Assembly: GCA_949283025.1 (NCBI GenBank)
Contig: CASDRB010000012.1
Location: 197,384 to 261,383, forward strand
DNA from: an uncultured bacterium
GTDB taxonomy: Bacteria > Bacillota_I > Bacilli_A > RFN20 > CAG-826
DNA: 64,000 nt
Direction of reading: 5' to 3'
Translations under genes and position numbers: made by a program
Part shown: piece by piece, positions 1 to 10,342 of the stretch
How the letters are laid out: the number at the start of each line of letters is the position of its first letter
How positions within the stretch are numbered: position 1 is the first letter of the stretch
The notes under the pieces: model-generated
The model's input: only the letters and a program-made list of their open reading frames with translations
Told to the model about the DNA's origin: nothing
Database searches by the model: none

Positions 1-407
1 AGCCCGACCAATGCAGCGTCTTTAATTATTTGAGTCATCTCGTCTTTACTTAACTTTTTTATTTCCTCATCGCTTCTTGTTGTACAAGATGAATCTAATG
101 TCTCTAAAAAATCATTTTTGATTTTAATAAAATCAGTCAATTTTCCGTTTCGATGATAATGTTTTTCTAAACCGACAAATGTACCAGAAACTGTAGCATG
201 AATAGGCTGATCAAAAAAAGCGGCATGCCTAATACCAATAACTTGGCACATATTAACATGATCGCCCTCTTTTATGAAAAGTTCGGCCTTGTTGCAACGA
301 GCGTTTGTCATTGCTAAATAAACATATTCGGGATGAACGAAACGTATTGTCGGCATTGCTCCTAATAATTTTTTTGTGTCTGCTATGTGATTAACTTTAG
401 CAATCAT
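1..407 (-). CDS. RnfC/PduS-type (RnfC_N / SLBB) electron-transfer oxidoreductase subunit, N-terminal part. The CDS runs off the left edge of the window.
   Basis: The reverse-strand ORF starts at ATG 405-407 (MIAKVNHIADTKKLLGAMPTIRFVHPEYVY...). 'EGDHVNMCQVIG...IHATVSGTFVGLE' fits the RnfC N-terminal barrel-sandwich hybrid pattern (vGDkV..Gq..a....VHaSvSGtV..I). The following '...EMTQIIKDAALVG' resembles the start of the SLBB/NADH-binding region. No stop codon before position 1. Confidence 0.45.
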   Translation of the reverse strand, partial: MIAKVNHIADTKKLLGAMPTIRFVHPEYVYLAMTNARCNKAELFIKEGDHVNMCQVIGIRHAAFFDQPIHATVSGTFVGLEKHYHRNGKLTDFIKIKNDFLETLDSSCTTRSDEEIKKLSKDEMTQIIKDAALVG

Positions 408-505
408 ACAATATTATTATCTAAACTTTTTATTTCATAATCAACAACAAAAATAAATAAACGAACACTCGTTCATTATTGTTATAACGAAATCTTTTTT
501 ATTAG

Positions 506-2212
506 TTATAAATTGCGATTTGCTTCTTCTTCTAAAATACGATAAGCGACTTTTCCAACCAAAGTTTTTGGAAGCTCGTCTTTAAATTCTATATCATAAG
601 GCATCGCGTATTTAGCAACATGTTTTTTTAAATAAGTTAAGATGTCTTTTTTTAACTCGTCGCTAGGTTTATAACCATTTTTTAACATGATATACGCTTT
701 AACTTTTTGCATCTTAACTGGATCTTTAACGCCGATAACGCATGACATTTGCACAGCATCGTGGGCATCGATAATATTTTCAATTTGGCTAGGATAAACA
801 TTATATCCGTTGGTAATAATCATTCTTTTTAATCTTTGAACAAAATAAACATATCCGTCTTCATCCATATAACCAATATCACCAGTATGAACATACGTTA
901 AACCATCGCTATGAACTTTTAATGTCTCGTCAGTTTCTTTTTGATTATCTAAATATCCTTTCATAACTGTTGGTCCAGCCAAACAAATTTCTCCTTGCTG
1001 ATTTGTTGGAAGTATTTCATCAGTTCCAGGTTTACAAATGCGATAAACCATGTCAGGTAATGGAACACCTATGCTGCCTTCTTTTTCTTTAACAACAGGG
1101 GTAAGACAAGATGCAGTAACACATTCGGTAGTGCCATATCCTTCTCTAACATTAATTTTGCAGCCATGTTCATGCAAAAATTTGTCAAAACGTCTTTTTA
1201 ATTCTATAGACAAAGTGTCTCCGCCAGAATAAACGCCTTTTAAAGAAGAAAGATTGGCTTTCTGCAAATATTTAGTCCTCATCATCGCTTCAAATAAGCT
1301 TGGAACACCCGCGATAAAATTGGGGTGGGAAGACTTGATTAATTTAGAATAAGATTTAGCAGTAAATCTTGGAACTAAAGCACATGTTCCTCCTTGGCTT
1401 AACATCGTGTGGATAGCGATACCTAATCCAAAACCATGAAAAATAGGCATGACCGCCAAAAATACATCGCCAGGTTTAAAGCTTTTATTCATTTCTAAAA
1501 TTTGATCAGATAAGGCATTAAAATTTAAATTAGTTAGCAATATTCCTTTATTGGTACCGGTGGTTCCACCGCTATACAAAATAGCGGAAACATCGTCTTT
1601 GTCCATTTTGGGGAATGAATATCCGCCAATATTATTTTTTCCTTTATAAAAATCTTTCCAAAAAATAACCGGCTCGCTTGAATCTATTTTTTTAATCTTT
1701 CGACCTAGCGTTAAATCATATAATGGTTTTTTCCAATGTGGCAAACCATCTCGAACAGATGCAATAATTGTATACTGTAAATATTTTAATCGGGATCGAA
1801 TATTTTTTATCTTGCCATAAAACGAGTCTAAAATTAACAGCCCAACCGATTTAGAAAAATTTAAATAAAACTCAATTTCGCCTTCGCTAGATAAAGGATG
1901 AATCATGTTAGCGACTGCACCAATTTTATTAAGTGCGTAAAACATCATAATTCCTTGTGGAGAATTAGGCATTGCAATCGTGACGCGATCACCTTTTTTT
2001 ATGCCTAGATTTATTAAAGCATAGGCGGTTTCTAAAATTTGTCTTTTAAATATTTTATACTTAACTTTTTTGCCCATGAATTCATAGGCGATAATATTTG
2101 GGTAACGATTAGCAGCTCTTTCTACCATTTCAGAAAATGAGCCTTCAAAATAAGGCAAAGTTTCTCGGGCATCTCCATATGCCTTCAGCCAGGGTTTTTC
2201 AATATTATTCAT
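506..2212 (-). CDS. AMP-forming acyl-CoA synthetase / long-chain-fatty-acid--CoA ligase
   Basis: 568 aa. AMP-binding signature 'YSGGTTGTNKGILLTNLNF' and the conserved C-terminal 'GYGTTE' block are present. An RBS-like AGAGGAAAA lies upstream of the ATG at 2212. Confidence 0.8.
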   Translation of the reverse strand: MNNIEKPWLKAYGDARETLPYFEGSFSEMVERAANRYPNIIAYEFMGKKVKYKIFKRQILETAYALINLGIKKGDRVTIAMPNSPQGIMMFYALNKIGAVANMIHPLSSEGEIEFYLNFSKSVGLLILDSFYGKIKNIRSRLKYLQYTIIASVRDGLPHWKKPLYDLTLGRKIKKIDSSEPVIFWKDFYKGKNNIGGYSFPKMDKDDVSAILYSGGTTGTNKGILLTNLNFNALSDQILEMNKSFKPGDVFLAVMPIFHGFGLGIAIHTMLSQGGTCALVPRFTAKSYSKLIKSSHPNFIAGVPSLFEAMMRTKYLQKANLSSLKGVYSGGDTLSIELKRRFDKFLHEHGCKINVREGYGTTECVTASCLTPVVKEKEGSIGVPLPDMVYRICKPGTDEILPTNQQGEICLAGPTVMKGYLDNQKETDETLKVHSDGLTYVHTGDIGYMDEDGYVYFVQRLKRMIITNGYNVYPSQIENIIDAHDAVQMSCVIGVKDPVKMQKVKAYIMLKNGYKPSDELKKDILTYLKKHVAKYAMPYDIEFKDELPKTLVGKVAYRILEEEANRNL

Positions 2213-2223
2213 TGTTTTTTCCT

Positions 2224-3552
2224 CTAATCTATTTTTTTAAAGTCCGATGATGGTCTTCCACACAACGGACAAACATAATTATTTGGGATTGTTTCCCCTT
2301 CATAAATATACCCACAAATATTACAACGCCAGTGATGAGTTTGCAAATTGTTTTTATCATTTTTATTGCTTACGCAAACCAATTCATCAATAATGTTGTC
2401 CAATATTTGGTAATCGCTTTCTTTAAGGCTAGATTTGATAGTTAAAGAAGTTGAAATAATGTGGCAATTTTTCATTTTTTCAATGGAATTACTCATAATT
2501 TTTTTAGCTTGTGGGGCCCACGATCCGTTTTCAATTAAAGCAAAAGTTTTATTGGCGATATTATGGTCGATTAAAACATCTAAATATTCGCGCATTTTTG
2601 GAAAAATTCCCATATTGAATGTCGGGGCAATTAAAATGATTTTGTCATAAATAAATGTTTTAGAAAGAGCGATAGAAAAATCTTCTTTATTTAAATTTAT
2701 TATGTCGACATCGACATTTGATTTTTTAATAGTTTCAAATAGATATAACGCGGCTTTTTCACTATGTCCATAAATGGTCGTGTAAACAATTAAAATACCC
2801 TCTTTTTCTTTTTGGTATGTCGACCAAAGTTGATAACAATCAATCAATTCATTAATACGTTTAGTGTGAATTGGTCCATGAAGAGGACATATTGTATCAA
2901 TGTTTAAATTAACAGCTTTTTTTAAAACATTTTGAACTTGTTCACCATACTTCCCAACGATATTTGTATAATAACGTCTTTCTTCAAATTTTAATTCTTT
3001 TAAATCATCATAATCAACGGAATCAATTTTATTTACGACACTAAATGAACCGAATGCATCAGCACTAAATAAAACTTTGCTATAACTATCATAAGACAAA
3101 ATAACTTCTGGCCAATGAACCATTGGTGCATTAATGAAATTTAAAACATGGTTTCCTAAATTTAATTGATCGCCTTCTTTAACAATCGTCTTGTTAATTA
3201 TATTAACATTTGGAAAAAACTGCTTTAAAAATACGAACCCCATGTTAGAAATTACAATATTGACGTTTGGATATTGTTTTAAAATAGCTTCTATTCCCGC
3301 GGTGTGATCTGGTTCTAAATGGTGAATAACAAAATAATCTAAAGGTTTATCGTTTAATACTTTTTTGACATCGACGACAAATTGATCGATTACCGATGCA
3401 TCGCAAGTATCCAATAAAGCTGTCTTGTTATCATTTATGATATATGCATTATAAGACATCCCTTTTGATAAAGGTATTTCGCCTTCAAAAATTCGCTGTT
3501 GGTGGTTGTTAAAATTTAAATAATAGATATCTTTTTTAAATTCTTTAATCAT
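2224..3552 (-). CDS. Flavodiiron protein (FprA family) with C-terminal rubredoxin domain (flavorubredoxin-like O2/NO reductase)
   Basis: 442 aa. Metallo-beta-lactamase di-iron motif 'HHLEPDHTAG', a central flavodoxin-like domain, and C-terminal rubredoxin Cys pairs 'CNICGYIYEG...CPLCGRP'. Confidence 0.75.
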   Translation of the reverse strand: MIKEFKKDIYYLNFNNHQQRIFEGEIPLSKGMSYNAYIINDNKTALLDTCDASVIDQFVVDVKKVLNDKPLDYFVIHHLEPDHTAGIEAILKQYPNVNIVISNMGFVFLKQFFPNVNIINKTIVKEGDQLNLGNHVLNFINAPMVHWPEVILSYDSYSKVLFSADAFGSFSVVNKIDSVDYDDLKELKFEERRYYTNIVGKYGEQVQNVLKKAVNLNIDTICPLHGPIHTKRINELIDCYQLWSTYQKEKEGILIVYTTIYGHSEKAALYLFETIKKSNVDVDIINLNKEDFSIALSKTFIYDKIILIAPTFNMGIFPKMREYLDVLIDHNIANKTFALIENGSWAPQAKKIMSNSIEKMKNCHIISTSLTIKSSLKESDYQILDNIIDELVCVSNKNDKNNLQTHHWRCNICGYIYEGETIPNNYVCPLCGRPSSDFKKID

Positions 3553-4469
3553 AATTGCTCCTTTTCTTTTAAAGTTTTTTTGTTGAATAAAACTAAATCA
3601 AAACAAGTAAAGATTGCTACGCCAATTAATAACCCAAAACTCACATCTGTTAAAAAATGTGCACCGACGAGCATTCTTGAAAATGCAACCAGCAAAATCC
3701 AAATTAAACCAATATAAAATAAAATGGTTTCATATTTGCAGTATTTTTCATTTATTTTTGGCAAATAAACCAAAAAAGGAATCAAAGAAAAAATTGTAGC
3801 GGTATGTCCGGAAGGAAATGATTTAAACTCTTCGGATGCGGCACCCATAGTATTGATATAAGCATCCTTAACCGATGTCCCTGTTTCCCACCAATTGCGA
3901 TAATCGCTCATGGTTGATGCATACGTATATAAAAACCTAAAACGAGGACGACACATAATTCCTTTTGTAATATTAACAACTAAAGTTGCCATTAATAACA
4001 CTAATGGTGCAATTAACAAAATAATGAGCAATTGGCGAATGTTTTCAAAACGAATAAAAAGATGATATCCTAACCAACACCCTAATCCAGCAATTACTAT
4101 GCCGATTGGAATGCCAACATACCAAAACATATCTTGTATGTTAAAAGCATTGACGCTCACAATCATGTCGGCTTGAAAATAAATCGAGGCGACAATGGCG
4201 ATAATTCCTAAAATAATTAATCCTATTCTTGCCCACATATTTTTTTGTTTTAAGCCAATGATAAAATATCCCGCCCCATAGCAAGATAAACCGATATATA
4301 CTGGCAAGCAACCAAATGCAGACATAGCGATTCCAAAGCCGTTGTTAACTGAATAAATGGCTTGGTTAATTTGCAAATCAAAAAAACTGCCAAATACTAT
4401 CCCTAATATTGCAATGCCGAATAACGAAAATAAATGCCACTTATTGCTCATCTTTGATACCTGTTTCAC
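3549..4469 (-). CDS. PAP2-family (type 2 phosphatidic acid phosphatase) integral membrane phosphatase
   Basis: 306 aa, multi-TM. PAP2 motifs present: KX6RP ('KGIMCRPRFRF'), PSGH ('FPSGHTAT'), SRX5HX3D ('SRMLVGAHFLTDV'). The stop overlaps the start of the upstream GT2 gene. Confidence 0.7.
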   Translation of the reverse strand: MKQVSKMSNKWHLFSLFGIAILGIVFGSFFDLQINQAIYSVNNGFGIAMSAFGCLPVYIGLSCYGAGYFIIGLKQKNMWARIGLIILGIIAIVASIYFQADMIVSVNAFNIQDMFWYVGIPIGIVIAGLGCWLGYHLFIRFENIRQLLIILLIAPLVLLMATLVVNITKGIMCRPRFRFLYTYASTMSDYRNWWETGTSVKDAYINTMGAASEEFKSFPSGHTATIFSLIPFLVYLPKINEKYCKYETILFYIGLIWILLVAFSRMLVGAHFLTDVSFGLLIGVAIFTCFDLVLFNKKTLKEKEQL

Positions 4470-5175
4470 TTAATAGATAATTTTTCTTATTCTTTTTAAT
4501 TTTTTTCATATCTTTTAAAAATTGAATAGATGAAGATGTAATTTTAACTGTTGAAGATGTGTCATTAATCCAAACAACCGGTATTTCTAAAACGGGAATT
4601 TTATTCAATTTCGCATAATATAAATATTCAACATCAAAAGCAAAACCATTAATAATTTGCTTGTTGGCAATATCTTTTGCAATTTCTTTTTTCATCGCTT
4701 TAAAACCACACTGAGTATCTTTATAGTGGAAATGAAATTTGAGATTGACTAAACAGCGGCATACATAACCAATAAACTGACGAATCAGTGGCTGTTTTTG
4801 AGGTAATACTGATTCTTTTAAATGTCTAGATCCGATAATAAAATCATATTGGCTGCATTTATTTCTAACCACCAATAAAGCACTTAAATCAGTTGAAAGA
4901 TCAGCATCCATAAACATGATATAGTCGCCGCTTGCTGCTTTAATACCTTCATTAACAGCGCCACCTTTACCGCGATTAGGTAAATATGAAATTGCTACAA
5001 TTCCATCGATAGACTCAATCACCTTTTTAGTGTCATCTTTAGATCCGTCGTCAACTAAAATAAGTTCATAATTAAAATCGTGTTGTTTTAAAAACGGAAT
5101 TACCTTATTTTCAATATTTTCTTTAATGCACGCTCCTTCATTATAGCAAGGAATAATAATCGATATTTTTTTCAT
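4441..5175 (-). CDS. GT2-family glycosyltransferase (polyprenyl-phosphate sugar synthase-like, DPM1/GtrB type)
   Basis: 244 aa. 'ISIIIPCYNEG', 'LVDDGSKDDT' and 'FMDADLS' (the DXD-type motif) are typical of GT2 dolichyl/undecaprenyl-phosphate glycosyltransferases. There is a 29-nt overlap with the PAP2 gene. Confidence 0.7.
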   Translation of the reverse strand: MKKISIIIPCYNEGACIKENIENKVIPFLKQHDFNYELILVDDGSKDDTKKVIESIDGIVAISYLPNRGKGGAVNEGIKAASGDYIMFMDADLSTDLSALLVVRNKCSQYDFIIGSRHLKESVLPQKQPLIRQFIGYVCRCLVNLKFHFHYKDTQCGFKAMKKEIAKDIANKQIINGFAFDVEYLYYAKLNKIPVLEIPVVWINDTSSTVKITSSSIQFLKDMKKIKKNKKNYLLSETGIKDEQ

Positions 5176-5314
5176 ATTTCTAACCTCACTTTATTATTAG
5201 TGATTTTACTTTTTAAGTAAATAAAAAATATTCATGTTCATAAATTAAATATGCAAATCATGCAAAAAATATAAAAAACTACAATAAAAGAAAAAAATTA
5301 CATACAATAGACGT

Positions 5315-6880
5315 ATGGAAAATAAATTAATTTTGACAATTGACATGGGCACTCAATCGCTTCGTGCTGGTTTGATTGATAAAAAAGGTAATATACAAGC
5401 GATTTCTAGAATCAAATATCCACAAACATATTTTTCTTTAAAACCAGGCTATACCGAACAAGATCCAGATGTTTATTTTAAAGCGCTTTGTCAAGCTACT
5501 AATAAATTATTTAAGGAAAATCCAAATATTGATAAAAACTCAATATTAGCCATATCGATGGGCTCATTTCGAGATTCGGCTGTGATGTGTGATGAAAATA
5601 TGAAGCCAGTAAGACCTGCTATCTTATGGCTAGATCAAAGACAAGCCGAAGCTAAAGAAAAAATATCGTGGTACTCTAAATTTTTATTTGGTATTGTCGG
5701 CAAAACTTCCACTTTAGTATTAAATCGAAAAAGAACACCTGCCCATTGGGTCAAAGAACACGAGCCAGAAATTTGGAATAAAGTCCGTTATTACATGAAT
5801 ACTTCGACATATGTAATATATTGTTTAACAGGCGAATATAAAGATACTGCTAGCGATTACGCAGGACATTTTCCAATTAACTTTAAAAAGAAGAATTTTT
5901 ATAAATCAGATAAACATTTTCAAGGTCAAATTTTTGGAATTAAATTGAATATGTTATGTCAATTAGTTTCGCCCGATTTACCTGTTGGATATGTCAGTGA
6001 AGAAGCCGCAAAATTATCTGGAATTCCTCAAGGCTTAAAAGTTTTTGTTCCTGGCTCAGATAAAGGTTGTGAAGTCTTAGGATTAGGGGCTATTGAAAAA
6101 GATGTAGCTGCTGTATCCTGTGGCACAGCTTCCACTGTTGGTATTATGACTAAACGATATCACACTCCTGAACCTCTGCTTCCTTCTTATCCTGGCGTTG
6201 TGCCTGGATATCATAATTTGGAGTTGCAAATTTATCGTGGCTTTTGGATGTTAGGGTGGTTTGCTCGGGAATTTGCAGAAAAAGAAACAGATGAATCTCA
6301 AACTCATCACATGCATGTTGAAGATGTTTTAAATTCAAAATTAAAAGAGGTGCCGCCAGGTGCTGACGGATTAGTTTTGCAACCTTACTGGGGTCCAGGA
6401 TTAGGACGCCCATTATCAAGAGGTGCAGTTATTGGTTTTTCAGATACTCACACTAAATTACATTTATATCGAGCCATCATTGAAGGTATAGATTATGAGT
6501 TAAAAAGGGCTCTAGAAGTCAATATTGAAAAAAGAGCGCATGTAAAAATTAAAAAAATCAAGATTGCTGGTGGGGCATCACAAAGTGATGAAATATGTCA
6601 AATTGCCGCTGATATTTTCAATTTGCCAACATATAGAGTGCAAACATTTGAAACGTCCAGCCTCGGTGCTGCTATCGCGGCTTTTGTCGCTTTAAAAGAA
6701 TATCCAGATATTCAAACAGCAGTTAAAAATATGGTTAGACAAGGCAAATGTTTTATACCAAATAAAGAAAATGCTAAACAATATGATTTTTTATACAAAC
6801 ATGCTTATAAAAAAATGTATCCAGCATTAAAAGGTATTTATAAAGATATTCGCTTAAATGAATTAAAAAAGAACAATTAA
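5315..6880 (+). CDS. FGGY-family carbohydrate kinase (xylulokinase/glycerol kinase-like). Substrate unknown.
   Basis: 521 aa. N-terminal 'LTIDMGTQSLRAGLID' and C-terminal 'IAGGASQSD' blocks match the FGGY kinase signatures. Confidence 0.7.
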   Translation: MENKLILTIDMGTQSLRAGLIDKKGNIQAISRIKYPQTYFSLKPGYTEQDPDVYFKALCQATNKLFKENPNIDKNSILAISMGSFRDSAVMCDENMKPVRPAILWLDQRQAEAKEKISWYSKFLFGIVGKTSTLVLNRKRTPAHWVKEHEPEIWNKVRYYMNTSTYVIYCLTGEYKDTASDYAGHFPINFKKKNFYKSDKHFQGQIFGIKLNMLCQLVSPDLPVGYVSEEAAKLSGIPQGLKVFVPGSDKGCEVLGLGAIEKDVAAVSCGTASTVGIMTKRYHTPEPLLPSYPGVVPGYHNLELQIYRGFWMLGWFAREFAEKETDESQTHHMHVEDVLNSKLKEVPPGADGLVLQPYWGPGLGRPLSRGAVIGFSDTHTKLHLYRAIIEGIDYELKRALEVNIEKRAHVKIKKIKIAGGASQSDEICQIAADIFNLPTYRVQTFETSSLGAAIAAFVALKEYPDIQTAVKNMVRQGKCFIPNKENAKQYDFLYKHAYKKMYPALKGIYKDIRLNELKKNN

Positions 6881-6951
6881 GAAGGATTACTTCCTTCTTT
6901 TTTTTATAAAACAATTGAATTATTTTATCTTATTTTGTATCATACTCGCGT

Positions 6952-7428
6952 ATGAAAAAAATGATTATTATGAGCGCGGCTCCAGGATGTGGAAAATCGA
7001 CGTGGGCACATAAATATCAAAATAGTCATCCAAACACTTATATAATTTCAAGCGACGAAATTCGTTTTGAATTAACAGGTCAATATCAAGATTTTTCTAA
7101 ACAAACATTAGTGTGGGAAATTTTTGAAAAAAGAATTTTAGAATTTTCAAAAAGAAATGAAGATTTGACAATAATCCTAGACGCTGTCATTGATTTAAAT
7201 TCTTTGCGAGTAAAGTATTTCAATTTAGGAAAAGATTATGATAGACGTATTCTTGTTGTCTTAAAAAAACCATTAGAAGATATATTAAAATACAATCATC
7301 AAAGAGAAAAAGAAAAATGGGTTCCTGAAGATATTGTTAAAATTTTATATAACAAATTTGAAGAACCGAGCAAAGAAGTTTTAGACTTATTCGATGAATA
7401 CTATTATATAAATTATTATTTCAATTAA
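6952..7428 (+). CDS. Small P-loop NTPase / predicted kinase (AAA_33/zeta-toxin/PNK-like)
   Basis: 158 aa. Walker A 'SAAPGCGKST' and a hydrophobic-D Walker B 'TIILDAV'. Confidence 0.5.
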   Translation: MKKMIIMSAAPGCGKSTWAHKYQNSHPNTYIISSDEIRFELTGQYQDFSKQTLVWEIFEKRILEFSKRNEDLTIILDAVIDLNSLRVKYFNLGKDYDRRILVVLKKPLEDILKYNHQREKEKWVPEDIVKILYNKFEEPSKEVLDLFDEYYYINYYFN

Positions 7429-7524
7429 TTTATAATATTGTTTTAGCTTTTTATCCAAACTTAATTTTTGCTATTAAATAGCATTTTTTTAATGTTAAAA
7501 TTAATATAACACGGGAGGAAACAC

Positions 7525-8751
7525 ATGAAAAAATATCTCGAGGAAATCGAAGCTGGTTTTACACCACTTACAATTTGTCAAGAAGCGGCGCGTTGTTTGT
7601 TATGTCATGATGCGCCATGTTCAAAAGAATGTCCGGCTGGAACTGATCCGGGCAAATTTATTCGTTCTGTCCGCTTTAAAAATTACAAAGGAGCAGCAGA
7701 AACAATTAGAGAGAATAATATATTAGGAGCTATTTGCGCTAGAGTATGTCCAACGGAAAAGTATTGTCAAAAAGGCTGTTCAAGATCTGGTATTGATAAA
7801 CCAATCGACATAGGAAGAATCCAACGTTACGTAACAGATTTAGAAGCCTCTTTAAACATGAAAATATTAAAAAAGGGACCATCTAAAAATAAAAAAATTG
7901 CCGTGGTTGGTTCAGGTCCTGGAGGATTATCCATTGCTGGAAATTTATTATTAAAAGGGTATCGTGTAGAAATATATGAAAAAGAAAGCAAATTGGGTGG
8001 ATATTTGCGTTATGGCATTCCATCTTATCGTTTGCCAGAAAAAGTTTTAGATAAGGAAATAAAACGAATAGTAGGTTTAGGTTTAAAAGTTCATCTATCA
8101 ACAAGAATTGGAAAAGATATTACCTTAAAACAACTTTCAGATGAATTTGATGCTGTCGTTATCGCGACAGGTTATAGCCAAGGGAAAGTTTTAAAAGATT
8201 TCGCCAACAATCCTTATGTTGAAACAGCTGTATCGTATTTAAAAAGAATTAAAGAAAATAAAGGCGATGTCGCTGTTGATGACAATATTTTAGTTGTCGG
8301 CGGAGGCGATGTTTCTATGGATATTTGCACATCATTAAAGATGTTGGGCGCTCCAAATGTTACCGCTGTTGTATATGAGGAATTATTTGAATTTAAAGCA
8401 TCTAAAAAAGAATTAGAAGGGGCTAGAGATTTACAAGTAACAATTATTGATGGCTATGTTCCTACAGAGGTCAAAAACAACACCGTTACTTTTGCTCATC
8501 GACGCATACCTAGTCAAATTCGCATCAGTGCTGATAAGATCGTTCTAGCAGTTGGCCAAGTTCCAGATATGGATGATTTAAATATCAAAATGGAAAAAGG
8601 TGAAGTCGTATCCAAAAACTATCGAATCGAAAATAGCAACATATTTGTAGTTGGCGATGTATCAACTAATAAAGAAAAAACAGTCGTTGGTGCGGTTCGT
8701 TCTGCTAAAGAAGCAGGATATTACATCGACAAATATTTAGGAGGTAAATAG
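7525..8751 (+). CDS. preT: NAD-dependent dihydropyrimidine dehydrogenase subunit PreT-like (glutamate synthase small-subunit-like FAD/NAD(P) oxidoreductase with N-terminal Fe-S domain)
   Basis: 408 aa. N-terminal Cys cluster '[16 protein letters not shown]', dinucleotide-binding '[13 protein letters not shown]' and a second '[10 protein letters not shown]'. RBS GGGAGGAAA upstream. Directly followed by the preA-like gene. Confidence 0.65.
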   Translation: MKKYLEEIEAGFTPLTICQEAARCLLCHDAPCSKECPAGTDPGKFIRSVRFKNYKGAAETIRENNILGAICARVCPTEKYCQKGCSRSGIDKPIDIGRIQRYVTDLEASLNMKILKKGPSKNKKIAVVGSGPGGLSIAGNLLLKGYRVEIYEKESKLGGYLRYGIPSYRLPEKVLDKEIKRIVGLGLKVHLSTRIGKDITLKQLSDEFDAVVIATGYSQGKVLKDFANNPYVETAVSYLKRIKENKGDVAVDDNILVVGGGDVSMDICTSLKMLGAPNVTAVVYEELFEFKASKKELEGARDLQVTIIDGYVPTEVKNNTVTFAHRRIPSQIRISADKIVLAVGQVPDMDDLNIKMEKGEVVSKNYRIENSNIFVVGDVSTNKEKTVVGAVRSAKEAGYYIDKYLGGK

Positions 8752-8753
8752 AT

Positions 8754-10001
8754 ATGATTAAAAAAGATTTATCGGTCGCCTTTTTAGGTGTTAAATTTGA
8801 AAATCCATTTTGCTTATCTTCTTCTCCAGTCGGCAATTGTTATGACATGTGTAAAAAAGCATATGACGTCGGATTTGGAGGAGTCGTATTCAAAACTATT
8901 GGGCCAAAATCATATTTCATTGATGAAGTTTCTCCTCGCTTTGATAAAATCGATAAAGAAGACACGCCATTTATTGGCTTTAAAAACATGGAGCAAATTG
9001 CCGAACACCCATTAGAAGAAAATTTAGCTGATTTAACAAGGTTAAAAAAAGAATACCCAAATAAAGTCTTAATTGCTTCAATTATGGGGAATGATGAAAA
9101 AACATGGGAGGATTTGGCAAGGTTAGTTGAAGAAGCTGGCGCTGACATGATTGAAATGAATTTATCCTGTCCACAAATGACTTCTCATGCTATGGGGTCG
9201 GATGTTGGTGCCAATCCTGAATTGTGCAAAAAATATTGTCGAGCTGTTAAAAGAGGTAGCAAATTGCCGATGATGGCTAAAATGACACCAAATATCACCG
9301 ATATGGTTCCAGTGGCATTAGCATGCATGGAAGGTGGTGCCGATGGAATCGCTGCTATCAATACGGTTAAATCTATTTGCAACATTGATTTAAATAAATA
9401 TGTAGGTATGCCAATAATCGATGGCAAATCGTCTATTTCTGGTTATTCCGGAAAAGCAATTAAACCGATTGCCTTAAGATTTATTCAACAAATGAAATCC
9501 GATCCAAGATTAAAAGATGTTGAAATATCCGGTATTGGTGGCATTGAGACTTGGGAAGATGCTGCCGAATTTATTTTGATTGGTTCCACCACTTTGCAAA
9601 TGACAACATCTTGCATGCAATATGGCTATAGAATCGTTGAAGATTTAAAAAACGGCTTGATGCATTATATGGACGAACAAGGTGTAAACAGTTTAAAAGA
9701 ATTAATTGGGTTAGCAAATAATAACATCATTCCTGCCGAACAGTTAAATCGTGATTATATTGTTTATCCAAAAATTGATTTAGATAAATGTGTTGGATGT
9801 GGGCGTTGTTATATTTCTTGTTACGATGGTGCTCATCAAGCTATGGAATGGGATGAAAAAACTAGACGTCCTAATTGCAATCATGATAAATGTGTTGGAT
9901 GTTTACTATGTGGTCACGTTTGCCCAGTTAAAGCTATTTCTTTAGGAGAAATTGTTATAAAAAATGGTCGAAAAACCAAAATAGAAGACATAAAATTATA
10001 A
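8754..10001 (+). CDS. preA: Dihydropyrimidine dehydrogenase subunit PreA-like (DHOD-like TIM barrel with C-terminal 2x[4Fe-4S] ferredoxin domain)
   Basis: 415 aa. DHOD/DHPD-like 'NLSCPQM' and two ferredoxin motifs '[11 protein letters not shown]' and '[12 protein letters not shown]'. RBS GGAGG upstream. Translationally adjacent to preT. Confidence 0.7.
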   Translation: MIKKDLSVAFLGVKFENPFCLSSSPVGNCYDMCKKAYDVGFGGVVFKTIGPKSYFIDEVSPRFDKIDKEDTPFIGFKNMEQIAEHPLEENLADLTRLKKEYPNKVLIASIMGNDEKTWEDLARLVEEAGADMIEMNLSCPQMTSHAMGSDVGANPELCKKYCRAVKRGSKLPMMAKMTPNITDMVPVALACMEGGADGIAAINTVKSICNIDLNKYVGMPIIDGKSSISGYSGKAIKPIALRFIQQMKSDPRLKDVEISGIGGIETWEDAAEFILIGSTTLQMTTSCMQYGYRIVEDLKNGLMHYMDEQGVNSLKELIGLANNNIIPAEQLNRDYIVYPKIDLDKCVGCGRCYISCYDGAHQAMEWDEKTRRPNCNHDKCVGCLLCGHVCPVKAISLGEIVIKNGRKTKIEDIKL

Positions 10002-10011
10002 TCAAAATTGG

Positions 10012-10042
10012 CTGGTTTTATTGCAAAACCAGTCTTTTTTTG
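10012..10042 (+). terminator. Rho-independent terminator after preA
   Basis: 8-bp stem ctggtttt / aaaaccag with loop attgc, followed by tcttttttttg. Confidence 0.55.
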
Positions 10043-10055
10043 TTTAATTTTTATT

Positions 10056-10295
10056 ATGAAAACAAAATTAGATAAAGAAGATTTGATTTTATTAACGCTA
10101 TCAATCGTCCTTTTTATTGCTAATGCGCTTGTTATAAGTATTGGAGTGTATTTATACCCAGATTTTAATTTACCAAGTTGGTATTTGCTTTTACTTATTT
10201 GTTTTATAGTATTTTTTGTTTTTGCGATTTTATCTTTAATTGTTAAATTATACAATCAGCGAAAAATAAATCATAAAAATAAAAACCAAAAGTAA
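10056..10295 (+). CDS. Small hydrophobic membrane protein (2 TM), hypothetical
   Basis: The track ORF 10008-10295 begins inside the preA terminator hairpin. The internal ATG at 10056 (MKTKLDKEDLILLTLSIVLF...) is the more plausible start. Two hydrophobic helices and a basic C-terminal tail. Confidence 0.3.
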   Translation: MKTKLDKEDLILLTLSIVLFIANALVISIGVYLYPDFNLPSWYLLLLICFIVFFVFAILSLIVKLYNQRKINHKNKNQK

Positions 10296-10342
10296 TTTTG
10301 TAATTGCAATCAAAAATCATTTATTTATAATATGGCTTTGTT

